Shown piece by piece: positions 1 to 13,201 of a DNA stretch of 64,000 nt (position 1 is the first letter of the stretch; each line of letters starts with the position of its first letter). The stretch covers positions 160,001-224,000 of the forward strand of contig CAVYCN010000003.1 of the NCBI GenBank assembly GCA_963767005.1. Direction: 5' to 3'. The stretch comes from an uncultured Actinomycetes bacterium. GTDB taxonomy: Bacteria > Actinomycetota > Thermoleophilia > UBA2241. The notes under the pieces were generated by a model. The model was not told the DNA's origin. It saw only the letters and a program-made list of their open reading frames with translations, and made no database searches. The translations under genes were made by a program, and so were the position numbers.

Positions 1-629
1 TGAAGGAACAGCTGACGCAAGCCCTCATCGCCGGCAACGGCGAGACCGTGAACGCCCTGACCAGCGCGCTGCTCGCGAGCGGCGCGTCGGCCCGGGAGAT
101 CTTGGACGAGGCGCTGCTGCCCGGCATGGAAGTGGTCGGCGAGCGCATGCGCAAGGGCGAGTGCTTCATCCCCGAGGTGCTGCTCTCGGCGCGCACCATG
201 CAGGGCGCGCTCGACCTGCTCAAGCCGCACCTCGGCGAGGGTGAGAGCGCCGGCCTGGGCACCATCGTGATCGGCACGGTCGAAGGCGACCTGCACGACA
301 TCGGCAAGAACCTGGTCGCCATGCTGCTGCAGGGCGCCGGCTTCACCGTCGTCAACCTCGGCACCGGCGTGACGACGACGGCCTTCGTCGCCGCCGTCAA
401 GGAGCACAGCCCGGTGATCGTCGGCATGAGCGCGCTGCTCACCACCACGCTGCCGCACATGGCAGAGACGATCGCGGCGCTCAAGGACGCGGGGCTGCGC
501 GACTCGGTCAAGATCATGATCGGCGGCGCGCCGGTCACCCAGGCCTTCGCCGACGAGCTCGGCGCCGACGGCTACGGCGCGAACGCCGGCATGGCCGTCG
601 AGCGCGCCAAGGCGCTCGCCACAGGCTAG
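1..629 (+). CDS. Corrinoid (B12-binding) protein of a methyltransferase system, MttC/MtaC-like; 5' truncated by the window edge
   Basis: DxHxxG motif (EGDLHDIGKN), SALLTTT, IGGAPVT; frame is open back to the window start. Confidence 0.93.
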   Translation, partial: KEQLTQALIAGNGETVNALTSALLASGASAREILDEALLPGMEVVGERMRKGECFIPEVLLSARTMQGALDLLKPHLGEGESAGLGTIVIGTVEGDLHDIGKNLVAMLLQGAGFTVVNLGTGVTTTAFVAAVKEHSPVIVGMSALLTTTLPHMAETIAALKDAGLRDSVKIMIGGAPVTQAFADELGADGYGANAGMAVERAKALATG

Positions 630-869
630 AGGCGGCCCGCGGCGCGGCCGCGGCGAACAGAGCCGTCGGGAGACGGCGACGGCAGACGGGACCGGCGCAC
701 GCGGCGCCGGCGAACTGACTCGGCCACGACGGCGGCCGGCCCCGGGGGCTCGGCCGGCACAGGGGGTGTGAGATGGCCAGCAGCGTCACGCGAGCGCCAT
801 TGCACGGCGCCATGGCGGAGGAGCGCGTCAAGCTGCGCAAGGTGTTGCGAGCGACCTCGAGGTAGTGAA

Positions 870-2333
870 ATGACGATGTTCGAAACGACGGCGCGTCCGC
901 GCTTGAGCATGCTCGACGCGGCGGCCATCGAGTACGTCCACGAGCAGTCGCTGCGCCTGCTTGAGGAGGTCGGCGTGCGCGTGCCGCTGGCGCGCGCCCA
1001 GGCGCTGCTTTCCGACGCGGGCGCGCGGATCGACGCCGAGACCGGCGTCGCGCGTCTGCCGCGCGACTTGGTCGAGGGCGCGCTGGCGCGCGCCCCGCGT
1101 ACCGTCCTGCTCGCCGCACGCGACCCCGGCAAGGACGCGCTGCTCGACCACACGCGCGCCTTCGCGACCCACGACGGCATGGGCGCCATGTGCCTCGACC
1201 ATCGCACCGGCGAGCGCCGGCCGTCGACGGCGCGCGACCTGCGCGAGGCCATGACGGTGGCCGACGCGCTCGACGAGATCGGCGTGCTCTGGTACACGGC
1301 CTACCCGTGCGACGAGGAGCCGGCCCTGCAGTCGCTGCGCGGCCTGCAGGCGATGCTGGCCGGCAGCGCCAAGCACGTGCAGGGCGAGGTCACCGACCCG
1401 GCCGACGTGCCGTACGTCATGGAGATCCTCGCCGCCGCGAGCCCCGACGGAGTCTGGCACCGGGAGCGGCCCACCTTCTCGATCGTCTACTGCCCCGTGA
1501 GCCCGCTGCAGCACGATGCCGAGAGCCTCGCGGCCGCCATCCTGCTCGCCGAGCAGGGCGTGCCGATCACCGTGTACAGCCTCGCCCTCGCCGGCGCGAC
1601 CGCGCCGATCACCCTGGCCGGCACCGCCGTGCAGACCAACGCCGAGGAGCTCGCCGCCTTCGCGGTCCTGCAGCTCGCCGTACCGGGCTGCCCGCTGATC
1701 TACGTGGCGAACGCCGGCGTCATGGACATGCGCACCTCGACCTACACCTCGGCCGGGCCCGAGGAGGTCCTGCTCAACACGGCGCTCATCGAGATGGGCC
1801 GCCACTATGGCGTGCCGGTGCTGTCCTGCGGCCTGTCGACCGACGCCAAGGAGCTCTGCGTACAGGTCGGCTCCGACGGCGCGCCGATGGCCTACTGCAC
1901 GCTGCTGGCCGGCGCCGACCTGCTCACCGGCGCCGGCATGCTCGACTCGGCCCAGCTCCTCTATCTGCCCAAGCTGGTGCTCGATGCCGAGCTCGTGCGC
2001 CAGGGCCGGCGCCTGCTCGCCGGCGTCACCTTCGACGACGAGCACGTCATGCTCGACGTGAGCGCACGGGTCGGGCCGGGCGGCCACTTCCTCGCTGCCC
2101 GCGAGACGCGCACGTTCCTGCGCAGCGGCGAGCTGCAGCAGCCGCGCCTGTTCGTGCGGGGCTCGTACGACGGCTGGGTGGCCGAGGGCAAGTCCGAAGC
2201 CCAGCGCGCGGTCGCGGCGGTCGACGAGATCCTCGCCACCCACCGGCCGCTGCCGCTGCCCGACGGCGCCGCGCAGCGCATCGAGGACGTGATCGCCGCA
2301 GCCGCGGCCGAGCGCGGCGTGCCGGTGACCTGA
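870..2333 (+). CDS. Trimethylamine methyltransferase (MttB) superfamily protein, non-pyrrolysine
   Basis: ATG at 870 after GAGGT RBS; family motifs SLRLLEEVGV, VSPL, GATAPITLAG, TDAK, GAGML, VGPGGHFL; no in-frame TAG. Confidence 0.9.
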   Translation: MTMFETTARPRLSMLDAAAIEYVHEQSLRLLEEVGVRVPLARAQALLSDAGARIDAETGVARLPRDLVEGALARAPRTVLLAARDPGKDALLDHTRAFATHDGMGAMCLDHRTGERRPSTARDLREAMTVADALDEIGVLWYTAYPCDEEPALQSLRGLQAMLAGSAKHVQGEVTDPADVPYVMEILAAASPDGVWHRERPTFSIVYCPVSPLQHDAESLAAAILLAEQGVPITVYSLALAGATAPITLAGTAVQTNAEELAAFAVLQLAVPGCPLIYVANAGVMDMRTSTYTSAGPEEVLLNTALIEMGRHYGVPVLSCGLSTDAKELCVQVGSDGAPMAYCTLLAGADLLTGAGMLDSAQLLYLPKLVLDAELVRQGRRLLAGVTFDDEHVMLDVSARVGPGGHFLAARETRTFLRSGELQQPRLFVRGSYDGWVAEGKSEAQRAVAAVDEILATHRPLPLPDGAAQRIEDVIAAAAAERGVPVT

Positions 2334-2362
2334 GAGCTGGACGAGATAGACAACGCGCGTCC

Positions 2363-2400
2363 GGAGGGGGCGGGCGGCCGTACGGCCGCCCGCCCCCTCC
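2363..2400. repeat. Perfect 38-bp palindrome, probable terminator or REP-like element
   Basis: GGAGGGGGCGGGCGGCCGT|ACGGCCGCCCGCCCCCTCC, 29 bp after the MttB stop. Confidence 0.85.
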
Positions 2401-2554
2401 CTCGTCTGTCGCGCTCGTCGTCCGAGCCGTCTCCCCGGCCCGTCCCGCCACCCCGGCGGGTCCATGCTGGACCGCCACGCGCCGCCAACGGTTACTCGCC
2501 GGCTGAGGTGGTGGAAGAAGGTCGCAGGCCAAGGGGTGCAGGAGGGGAGTCGAC

Positions 2555-2917
2555 ATGCATATGCTGATCCTGCAGGGCCGTCGCCTGCCGGAGGGTGGGG
2601 GCGGGGCGAACGGCGACGTCGGGCCGCGGACGTACGGCGCCGGGCGGCGGTGCGCCGCGGACGGGTGCGGCACCATCCTGTCGAGCTACAATCCGAGCTG
2701 CCTCTGCGCCCTGCACGCCGGCGGCTGGGCCGAGCGACCGGCGCGCGAGCCGCGCCACTACTGCGCCCGGCCGGAGCAGACGCGACGCTGCGCCAACATG
2801 CTCTGCTCGATCGAGTTCACGACGGCCAACCCGAGCAGGGTCTACTGCTCGGACCGCTGCCGCATGAAGGCCTTCCAGCTGCGCCTCGCCCAGGGACGCA
2901 GGCAAGCGGCCGCCTGA
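2555..2917 (+). CDS. Small double zinc-finger protein with a CGNR-like C-terminal finger
   Basis: GGAGGGGAG RBS; CAADGC...YNPSCLCALH and CANMLC...RVYCSDRCR clusters. Confidence 0.7.
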   Translation: MHMLILQGRRLPEGGGGANGDVGPRTYGAGRRCAADGCGTILSSYNPSCLCALHAGGWAERPAREPRHYCARPEQTRRCANMLCSIEFTTANPSRVYCSDRCRMKAFQLRLAQGRRQAAA

Positions 2918-2987
2918 CCGCTCGTCGCGCCGCGCGCCTCGCCAGGCGTGCCGTCTGCGATCTGTCGGCGACTTGCCTGGTCTTTCG

Positions 2988-4652
2988 CTACCGTCCGGGC
3001 AGCTTCACGTCGATCGTCAGTGGCACCTCGACCGCCGAGGCGGTCATCTGGACAAGGACGTCGATGCTCCACCGGCCTTCCACGGAGAGCTCGAGTCCGG
3101 AGCCTTGCCAGACGCCTCGCGACCCGGTGGCGAGGCTGAGAGTCGATGCCTGCACGGTCGTCTGCCCAGGCAGCGAGAAGTCGAGCGTGACCGCTCGCAC
3201 GCCGGTCACAGGCCGCCCGCTGGCGTAATCGCTGAGCGTTGCCGTGAACGCGTTCGAGCCGACCCGACCGGGACTCACCACGAGACGTACCCGCACCGTG
3301 GTCGCGTAGTCGCTGCCGTTCAGCACAAGGTGGCTCTGGGCCTCGGCCCGGGCCGAGGCCGCGGCGATGGTCGCCGGCGCAAGGCCGCTGAGCACGCCGG
3401 TCACCGCCAGGATACCGACTCCGAGCAGGAGCTCGCCGCGCACCGAGCTCCGAAAGAGCGGCGCGGCGCGATCGTCGGCCAGGGCGGGCACCAGCCGGAA
3501 GTGATTGCGCGCCCCGAGCACGACCAGCGCGCAGAAGAGGCCGAGCTTGACCAGAAGCAGCGCACCGAAGCTCGTGTGCAACAGGTTGGCGGGAGCCCCG
3601 ACCTCGGCCACACCCCGCGCGATGCCGGTCGCCAGCACGACACCGAGGCCGATCGTGGCGATCGCCGAGAAGCGCCGCCCGGCCCACGCTCGTTCGTCAC
3701 GCCGCGCCTGTCGCAGCCCGAGCAGCAGCCAGGCCAGCCCGCCCACCCAGGCCCCGACAGCCACGACGTGCAGCCACTGCACGGTCAGGTTGAGGAATCG
3801 GTAGGGAGAGACGCCGCCGGCATGGCTTCCCCAGACGACCGAGAACATCGCGAGGGCGGCGGCCGCGCCGAGCACGGTGAAGGTAACGCGTCCCGGCAGG
3901 AGGCTCATCCATTGCACCGCCAGGCCGCAGAACAGGACCGCGGTCACACACTGGCCCAGCAGGGTGTAGCCCTCCGGGGTCTCGATGAGCGCGAGCAGGG
4001 ACGGAGCCCGCACGATGGCCTGTTCGGTCAGCATGACCGTGAAGATACCGACCGAGGCAAGCAGCCAGGCCGACCAGAACAGGCCGCGACCGCCGACCGG
4101 CAGCCTTCCTCGCCAGACCCAGAGACAAGTCGTGGCCCCACCGAGGAACAGGACCAGCCCGCTCCACAGCAGCCAGCGGCCGGCCGCCTGGGCGCTCGTG
4201 AGCCAGCGAGACGTCGAGACGTACTTGCCGAAGGGCGCCACCCCACCGACATTGGCTACTCCCACCCCAAAGGCGTAAGCCCCTCCCGCGAGATGGCCGT
4301 CCAGAGCCGAGACGGTCTGCCAGTCCACGGTGTAGACGCCGCGGGGCAGCGGGCGGCTCACGGAGACCTCGAGCTGCTGTGAGTTCCCCGGCACCGCACG
4401 AGAGGGCAGGACGCCGGGCGCCGGCCGACCCCGCGTATCGACGACCTGGACGTGTGAGAGGGAGGGGTCGACCGGCTCGCTGAACGTGAGCAGCAGGCGT
4501 TGAGGCGACTGCGTCACGGTGCCGTTCACCGCAGGGCTGGCACGGGTCAGGAGGGCGTGCGCCTCAGCCGTGGCCGGCAGGAGCGCAAGAGCGCCGGTCA
4601 GCAGCGCGAGGCAGAGTCCGGCCCGGGTGGTCGTGCGCATCGAGGCGCGCAA
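2988..4652 (-). CDS. Copper resistance CopC/CopD fusion protein with a C-terminal FixH/YtkA-like domain
   Basis: Signal peptide then AHALL (N-terminal His), LLLTFSEPV, YTVDWQTVSALDGH; CopD WLHVVAVGAWVGG and LLLVKL. Confidence 0.88.
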   Translation of the reverse strand: MRASMRTTTRAGLCLALLTGALALLPATAEAHALLTRASPAVNGTVTQSPQRLLLTFSEPVDPSLSHVQVVDTRGRPAPGVLPSRAVPGNSQQLEVSVSRPLPRGVYTVDWQTVSALDGHLAGGAYAFGVGVANVGGVAPFGKYVSTSRWLTSAQAAGRWLLWSGLVLFLGGATTCLWVWRGRLPVGGRGLFWSAWLLASVGIFTVMLTEQAIVRAPSLLALIETPEGYTLLGQCVTAVLFCGLAVQWMSLLPGRVTFTVLGAAAALAMFSVVWGSHAGGVSPYRFLNLTVQWLHVVAVGAWVGGLAWLLLGLRQARRDERAWAGRRFSAIATIGLGVVLATGIARGVAEVGAPANLLHTSFGALLLVKLGLFCALVVLGARNHFRLVPALADDRAAPLFRSSVRGELLLGVGILAVTGVLSGLAPATIAAASARAEAQSHLVLNGSDYATTVRVRLVVSPGRVGSNAFTATLSDYASGRPVTGVRAVTLDFSLPGQTTVQASTLSLATGSRGVWQGSGLELSVEGRWSIDVLVQMTASAVEVPLTIDVKLPGR

Positions 4653-4663
4653 CGCCGCCCCCC

Positions 4664-5308
4664 TCAGGCGCGCTTGTGAAGCAACGCGACGAGGGCCACC
4701 GCCAGACCGGCGACGCCGACCGCCAGGCCGACGATGCCGAAGAGCTGGGCCCGAGAGGCGTCAGAAGCGGTCGCCAGGCGCGGCAACGAGACGTTCACGC
4801 GCTGCGAGAGCTCGGTCATCGTGGGCGTCTGTACGGGGAACTCGCTCGCCGTGGGGTCCTGTACCGTGTTGAAGGTGGTGGGACCGCTCGTGAACCTCTG
4901 GTCGATATGCTGCGTGCCGATCGTGCCGATGAAGTGGAACGTGTAGTTGCCGGGGGCGGTCGGAAACAGCCAGGCACGATAGTCGCCGGGTGTACCCAGG
5001 CCGGTGTCCGGGTCAAAAGTGGGCTCAAGGGCGAAGATTGTCATCTGGCTGCCATACATCACCATGACCCTGAGACCGTTGCCCAAGTTGACGACGGGCT
5101 TGCCGGTGCTGCGATCGCTCAGGATCAGCTGGACGCTGTTCTCCTGGCCGACGTAGGCGGGTTCTGTGCCCCAGCCCACGACGAAGCGGTAGGCGCCCAC
5201 GTCGCGGACCTCGTGTGCATGGGCGGGCGCGGCGGTCAGGAGGCCGAGCGGCAAGAGTAGACCGAGCGCAACGACGAGACCAGGCGCGAACCTTCGTGTC
5301 ATGACCAT
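4664..5308 (-). CDS. Exported, C-terminally anchored protein with an N-terminal His; putative metal-binding protein
   Basis: AAGGGAG RBS before ATG at 5308; signal peptide ending AHA-HEVR; C-terminal TM helix; 11 bp from copCD. Confidence 0.75.
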   Translation of the reverse strand: MVMTRRFAPGLVVALGLLLPLGLLTAAPAHAHEVRDVGAYRFVVGWGTEPAYVGQENSVQLILSDRSTGKPVVNLGNGLRVMVMYGSQMTIFALEPTFDPDTGLGTPGDYRAWLFPTAPGNYTFHFIGTIGTQHIDQRFTSGPTTFNTVQDPTASEFPVQTPTMTELSQRVNVSLPRLATASDASRAQLFGIVGLAVGVAGLAVALVALLHKRA

Positions 5309-5598
5309 GGCTCCCTTGTCCGGGCTGGGCTGATCTCTGCGTCTCATGACGCGTGCCATCGGGCCTCAGCGGGTGCAGTCGTCGCAGGCTCCACTTGCGT
5401 ACGACTGCGCACCTGTATCCCCCGCACATTGCGTTCTTGCACGCCGGCCGTTGAGGCGCGCAAGAGCCTAAGTACGATGCGGCGCGAAGACCGGTGACGC
5501 CATGGCCGCGTCGCTCGGTGTCGCCGACCTGAGCGAAGCCCCCGCAAGCGGCCTCGGCTTGCGCCGACACCAGCCGCGTACAGGGGCTTCGTAAGAGT

Positions 5599-5674
<76 letters not shown>

Positions 5675-5691
5675 ACGGCTCCGGCGGCCGA

Positions 5692-5720
5692 AGTATAGGC
5701 CACGCCGGGCGATCGCTCAA
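5692..5720 (-). promoter_or_regulatory. Sigma70-type promoter of tRNA-Asn
   Basis: TTGAGC-N17-TATACT on the minus strand. Confidence 0.7.
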
Positions 5721-5737
5721 ACGTGCGGCGGCCGCCG

Positions 5738-6148
5738 TCAGATCAGGGCGCGCACCACGAGCGCCACACACATCGCGGCGGTGAACAGCAGGGCGACCTC
5801 CGCCAGGATGCCGGCCGTCCAGGCGATCCTCGACAGGCGTAGCTCGTCGGACACCTCGCCGGCGCCGCAGCCCTCGGTGAACAGGCCGTAACGGATCACA
5901 CCGTAGATGCCCAGGAAGGCGGCATAGCCCGACAGGCCGAAGCCGACGAAGGCGAGCGGCACGCCCCACCACAGGTTGTCACCCGAGATCACGAGCGCGA
6001 GCATGGCCAGGGCCGCGGCCAGGGCGACGAAGCCCAGGGCCACCCCGAGGCGCACGCGCACGACCGTGCCGGAGATGCCGCGGCGCTCCGTTACCGCGGC
6101 GCCCGTACCAGGGTCGCCGCCGCCGGATACGGCGAGCTCGCTCGTCAT
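5738..6148 (-). CDS. Hypothetical membrane protein (about 3 TM helices)
   Basis: GAGGTG RBS before ATG at 6148; hydrophobic helices; GC3-rich codons. Confidence 0.7.
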   Translation of the reverse strand: MTSELAVSGGGDPGTGAAVTERRGISGTVVRVRLGVALGFVALAAALAMLALVISGDNLWWGVPLAFVGFGLSGYAAFLGIYGVIRYGLFTEGCGAGEVSDELRLSRIAWTAGILAEVALLFTAAMCVALVVRALI

Positions 6149-6245
6149 CGGTCGCACCTCGTTCGTTCGGCCTGGGCCGTCGTGCCCGGCCGGTCGCAGC
6201 TCGCCGCCCGGGCCTGGTCGGACGCGTCTGGTCGCCGGCGCCTCA

Positions 6246-7364
<1,119 letters not shown>

Positions 7365-7498
7365 GCGTTCTCCTCACTTGACTCGGCGAATCGTCATGTT
7401 CCGACAAGGTTCGCAAACCGTCACCGACACCGCCACCCCGCTCGTCCGCCTCTGGCCGGCGTCGCTGCCGCTCAGGCGAGCGTGACCTCGTCACGCGC

Positions 7499-9337
7499 CT
7501 AGTCCTCGACGGGCAGGGCGCGCAGCTCGTCGCGGATCTGGCGCCGGGTGCTCTCGAGCTCGACCAACCTGGCCTCGTTGTCAGAGTCGTCACGCGCCAC
7601 CGCTGTCTTGAGCTTCACAATGAGACGTCCGACGTGCTGTTCCTGGACACGAAGGAACAGCTCTTTCAGCACGAGTGCGGTGAACGACTCGGCGGCCGCC
7701 CTCACCACAATCGCCGCCACGGTACCCTCATCGGTGGCGTCCCCGTCTCTCACCAACCCGTGCCCCTGGTCGTTTTTCCCTGCTCCTTGCGGGCTTAACC
7801 GCCGCAGCGCAGCGCGATAGGCACTCCTCGACCCCTCGGTCGACAAGAAGCTCTCATCGATCGCTGCGAGGTAGTCGCGTCCTTGATCGGGCAACGCCAG
7901 GCAGGCTGCCAGGAAGCTCACTTCGAGCTCGTGCGTGCCCATCAGGACGCGCTCCTCGGCCGTGCGGCGGTCGGCCGGGCGCCGGAGCGCCTCGCCGCCC
8001 GCCGCGCTGCCCGCGAGAGCCGCGCGCCGCGCGCCGGCGGAGGCTTCGTCGCTGAGCAGGAACCTGATGTTGTCTTCGCTCAGCCGCAGCCTGTCGGCGA
8101 CGTACCGGACCTCTTCGTCACGCTCGAGGGGGCTGGCCGCCTGCGCGAGGATGGGGCGCAGCACGGCGAAGGCCCGCATACGACCGTCCACGGTCTGAAG
8201 GTCGTGAGAAGCAAGCACGGTGTGAATCTGGAACTGTAGCAGAGTCTGCGCCGCGGCGGCAAGCATGCGAAAAGCGTCGCCGTCGTTGCCCGCCAGCACG
8301 TAATCGGCCGGATCGAGGCCGTCCGGCACGCGCACGACGCGCATGGTCGCGCCGTGACGGCGGGCGAGCTCGAGGGCGCGGTTCATGGCCGACAGGCCGG
8401 CCGCGTCGGCGTCGAAGCACAGAAAGAGGTTGCGGGTGTGGCGGGTGAGGCGTTTCAGCTGCTCCTCGGTGAAGGCGGTGCCCATGGCGGCCACCACGTT
8501 GGTCACGCCGGCCTGCACCAGCGCGATGACGTCGGTGTACCCTTCGACCACGAACAGGCGGTCGAGCTTGGCGGCGCTCGTGCGGGCCTTGTCGAGGCCG
8601 AACAGGGCCTCGCTCTTGTGGTAGAGCAGGGTCTCGGGCGAGTTCAGGTATTTCGGTTTGTCGTCGCCCAGCGTGCGCGCGCCGAAGCCCAGCACCCGAC
8701 CGCGCTCGTCGGCGAGGGGGAACATGAGCCGGCCGCGGAAGCGGTCGTAGACGCCGCCCCGCTGACCGGGCACGACGAGGCCGGCGTCGGTGAGCTCGTG
8801 TTCGCTGAAGCCCTTCTTGCCGGCCGCGTCGCGCAGCCGCGACCAGGCCGGCAGCGAGTACCCCAGGCGGAACTGCCTGCAGACCTCCTCGCCGAGGCCA
8901 CGCTCGGCGAGGTAGGCGCGGGCGCCGTGCGCCGCCGGCGCTTCCCACAACACCCGCTCGTAGTAGTCGCGCGTGAGCTCGAGAAGCTGGCGCAGGCGCT
9001 CGCGCCGGCGCCGGTCGGCGTCGGCGCGGCTGCTCGACGCGTCGTACTCGAGCTGCACGCCGAAGCGGTCGGCGAGCGCTTCGACCGCTCCGGCGAAGTC
9101 GAGGTTCTCCTTCTTCTCGATGAACGACAGCAGGTCGCCGCCCTCGCCGCAGCCGAAGCAGTAGTACAGCTTCTCGGCGGGGTCGACCGAGAACGACGGG
9201 GTCTTCTCTTCGTGGAACGGGCAGCGCCCCATGTAGTTGGCGCCGGCCTTCTTGAGCTGGGTGTACTGGCCGACGACCTCGAGCATGTCGGCAGCCGCCA
9301 CGACCCGCTCGATGCTCGCTTTGGCGATGCGCGCCAG
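7499..9337 (-). CDS. dnaG: DNA primase (probable CTG start at 9337)
   Basis: CPFH...CFGC zinc finger, YDRFRGRLMFP, KYLNSPET, VEGYTD and FDADAAG TOPRIM motifs. Confidence 0.97.
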   Translation of the reverse strand: MARIAKASIERVVAAADMLEVVGQYTQLKKAGANYMGRCPFHEEKTPSFSVDPAEKLYYCFGCGEGGDLLSFIEKKENLDFAGAVEALADRFGVQLEYDASSSRADADRRRRERLRQLLELTRDYYERVLWEAPAAHGARAYLAERGLGEEVCRQFRLGYSLPAWSRLRDAAGKKGFSEHELTDAGLVVPGQRGGVYDRFRGRLMFPLADERGRVLGFGARTLGDDKPKYLNSPETLLYHKSEALFGLDKARTSAAKLDRLFVVEGYTDVIALVQAGVTNVVAAMGTAFTEEQLKRLTRHTRNLFLCFDADAAGLSAMNRALELARRHGATMRVVRVPDGLDPADYVLAGNDGDAFRMLAAAAQTLLQFQIHTVLASHDLQTVDGRMRAFAVLRPILAQAASPLERDEEVRYVADRLRLSEDNIRFLLSDEASAGARRAALAGSAAGGEALRRPADRRTAEERVLMGTHELEVSFLAACLALPDQGRDYLAAIDESFLSTEGSRSAYRAALRRLSPQGAGKNDQGHGLVRDGDATDEGTVAAIVVRAAAESFTALVLKELFLRVQEQHVGRLIVKLKTAVARDDSDNEARLVELESTRRQIRDELRALPVED

Positions 9338-9340
9338 GAT

Positions 9341-9772
9341 CTACCGCCTTTCGTGGCCGCCGTCGGCGGCGTCGTCGTCGTCGCGCGCCGCCCGCCGGGA
9401 TTCCTCGGCGATCTTGCGGAGCGCATCGCGCTGGGACCGCTCGCGCGCCTGCAGCAGGCTCATGCCGGCCCGCCGCCGGCGCCGCTCACGGCGTGTGGCG
9501 CGTCGCGGCCGGTCGTAGGCCTGGTAGTGGTAGCCGAGGCGGTCGAGCGCCCAGACCCCGCCCACCATCAGGAGCACGATCCAGACAAGATACACGACCG
9601 CGAGGGCGGCCCACACCCCCGGCGAGGTCGTGTCGTGGAGGGCGCCGTGGGCGACGAGCGCGCCGCGCGCCCGGCTGATGTGGAACAGGCCCGCCCAGAA
9701 GAACAGGGCGGCCGGCACGGGCAGCAGCACGAGCCAGCCGAGGCCGACGAGCAGGCGCCCGTAGCGGCGCAC
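9341..9772 (-). CDS. Hypothetical membrane protein (2 TM helices, basic tail)
   Basis: GGAGG RBS plus GTG at 9772; fills the gap between the GNAT gene and dnaG. Confidence 0.65.
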   Translation of the reverse strand: MRRYGRLLVGLGWLVLLPVPAALFFWAGLFHISRARGALVAHGALHDTTSPGVWAALAVVYLVWIVLLMVGGVWALDRLGYHYQAYDRPRRATRRERRRRRAGMSLLQARERSQRDALRKIAEESRRAARDDDDAADGGHERR

Positions 9773-9776
9773 GGTC

Positions 9777-10361
9777 CTAGCCTCCGAGCGGCGTTGCGGC
9801 GGCCGGCGGCTGCGCCGCGGCCGCCTTGAGGTCGCGCCCCATGAGCACCTCGTCGTAGAAGCGCCCGGCGCGCTGGAACTGACGTACGCGGCGGCCCTCG
9901 AACGTGAACCGGTGACGTTCGTAGAAGACGATCGCCCGCGTGTTGTGGGGGAAGGCCGAGAGCACCACCTTGGCGAAGCCGGCGGCGGCCGCCCAGGCGG
10001 CCGCCGCCTCGAGCAGGGCCGCGCCCACGCCCAGGCCACGATAGGCGGCAGCGACCGACATGCCGAGCTCGAAGACGTGCGACGAGGGGCCGAAGGCGAC
10101 GCCGGCGCCGCCGAGGTTGCCGGCGAGCACGCCGTCGACCTCGGCGACCAGCATCAGGCCGCGCGGGTCGCGCGCGCTACGCGCGATCAGGCTCTTCACG
10201 TCGCGCAGTGTGATGCTGCCCGGCGTGGCCAGCAGCGGCACCTCGGGCTCGGCCGCGACGGCGTCGATCATGGCGCAGACGGCGCGGGCATCGGCGCCGG
10301 CGGCCGGGCGCACTACGAGCGCCCGGCCGTCGGTCGTGCGTGAGACTGCGGTAGCGGCCAG
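9777..10361 (-). CDS. GNAT family N-acetyltransferase (start uncertain)
   Basis: LGMSVAAAYRGLGVG acetyl-CoA motif; NTRAIVFYERHRF. Confidence 0.85.
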   Translation of the reverse strand: MAATAVSRTTDGRALVVRPAAGADARAVCAMIDAVAAEPEVPLLATPGSITLRDVKSLIARSARDPRGLMLVAEVDGVLAGNLGGAGVAFGPSSHVFELGMSVAAAYRGLGVGAALLEAAAAWAAAAGFAKVVLSAFPHNTRAIVFYERHRFTFEGRRVRQFQRAGRFYDEVLMGRDLKAAAAQPPAAATPLGG

Positions 10362-10380
10362 TGCGCCGCCCCCTTTCGGC

Positions 10381-13098
<2,718 letters not shown>

Positions 13099-13201
13099 CG
13101 ATTCCTCCTGAAGCACCACGGTCGCGGGGCTAGTCTCTTGTGCTCCCCGTCGTCATCCATCAACCCTTGACTTCGTTGCAGCACGCCGAGCCACGGGCCA
13201 G

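Noticed and set aside
870-2333. Pyrrolysine readthrough in the MttB gene
   Set aside because: There is no in-frame TAG, the gene is full length and ends in TGA, and no pyl genes are in the window.
5400-5440. CsoR-type copper operator upstream of the cop cassette
   Set aside because: Only a TATCCCCC half-site is present, with no matching inverted half.
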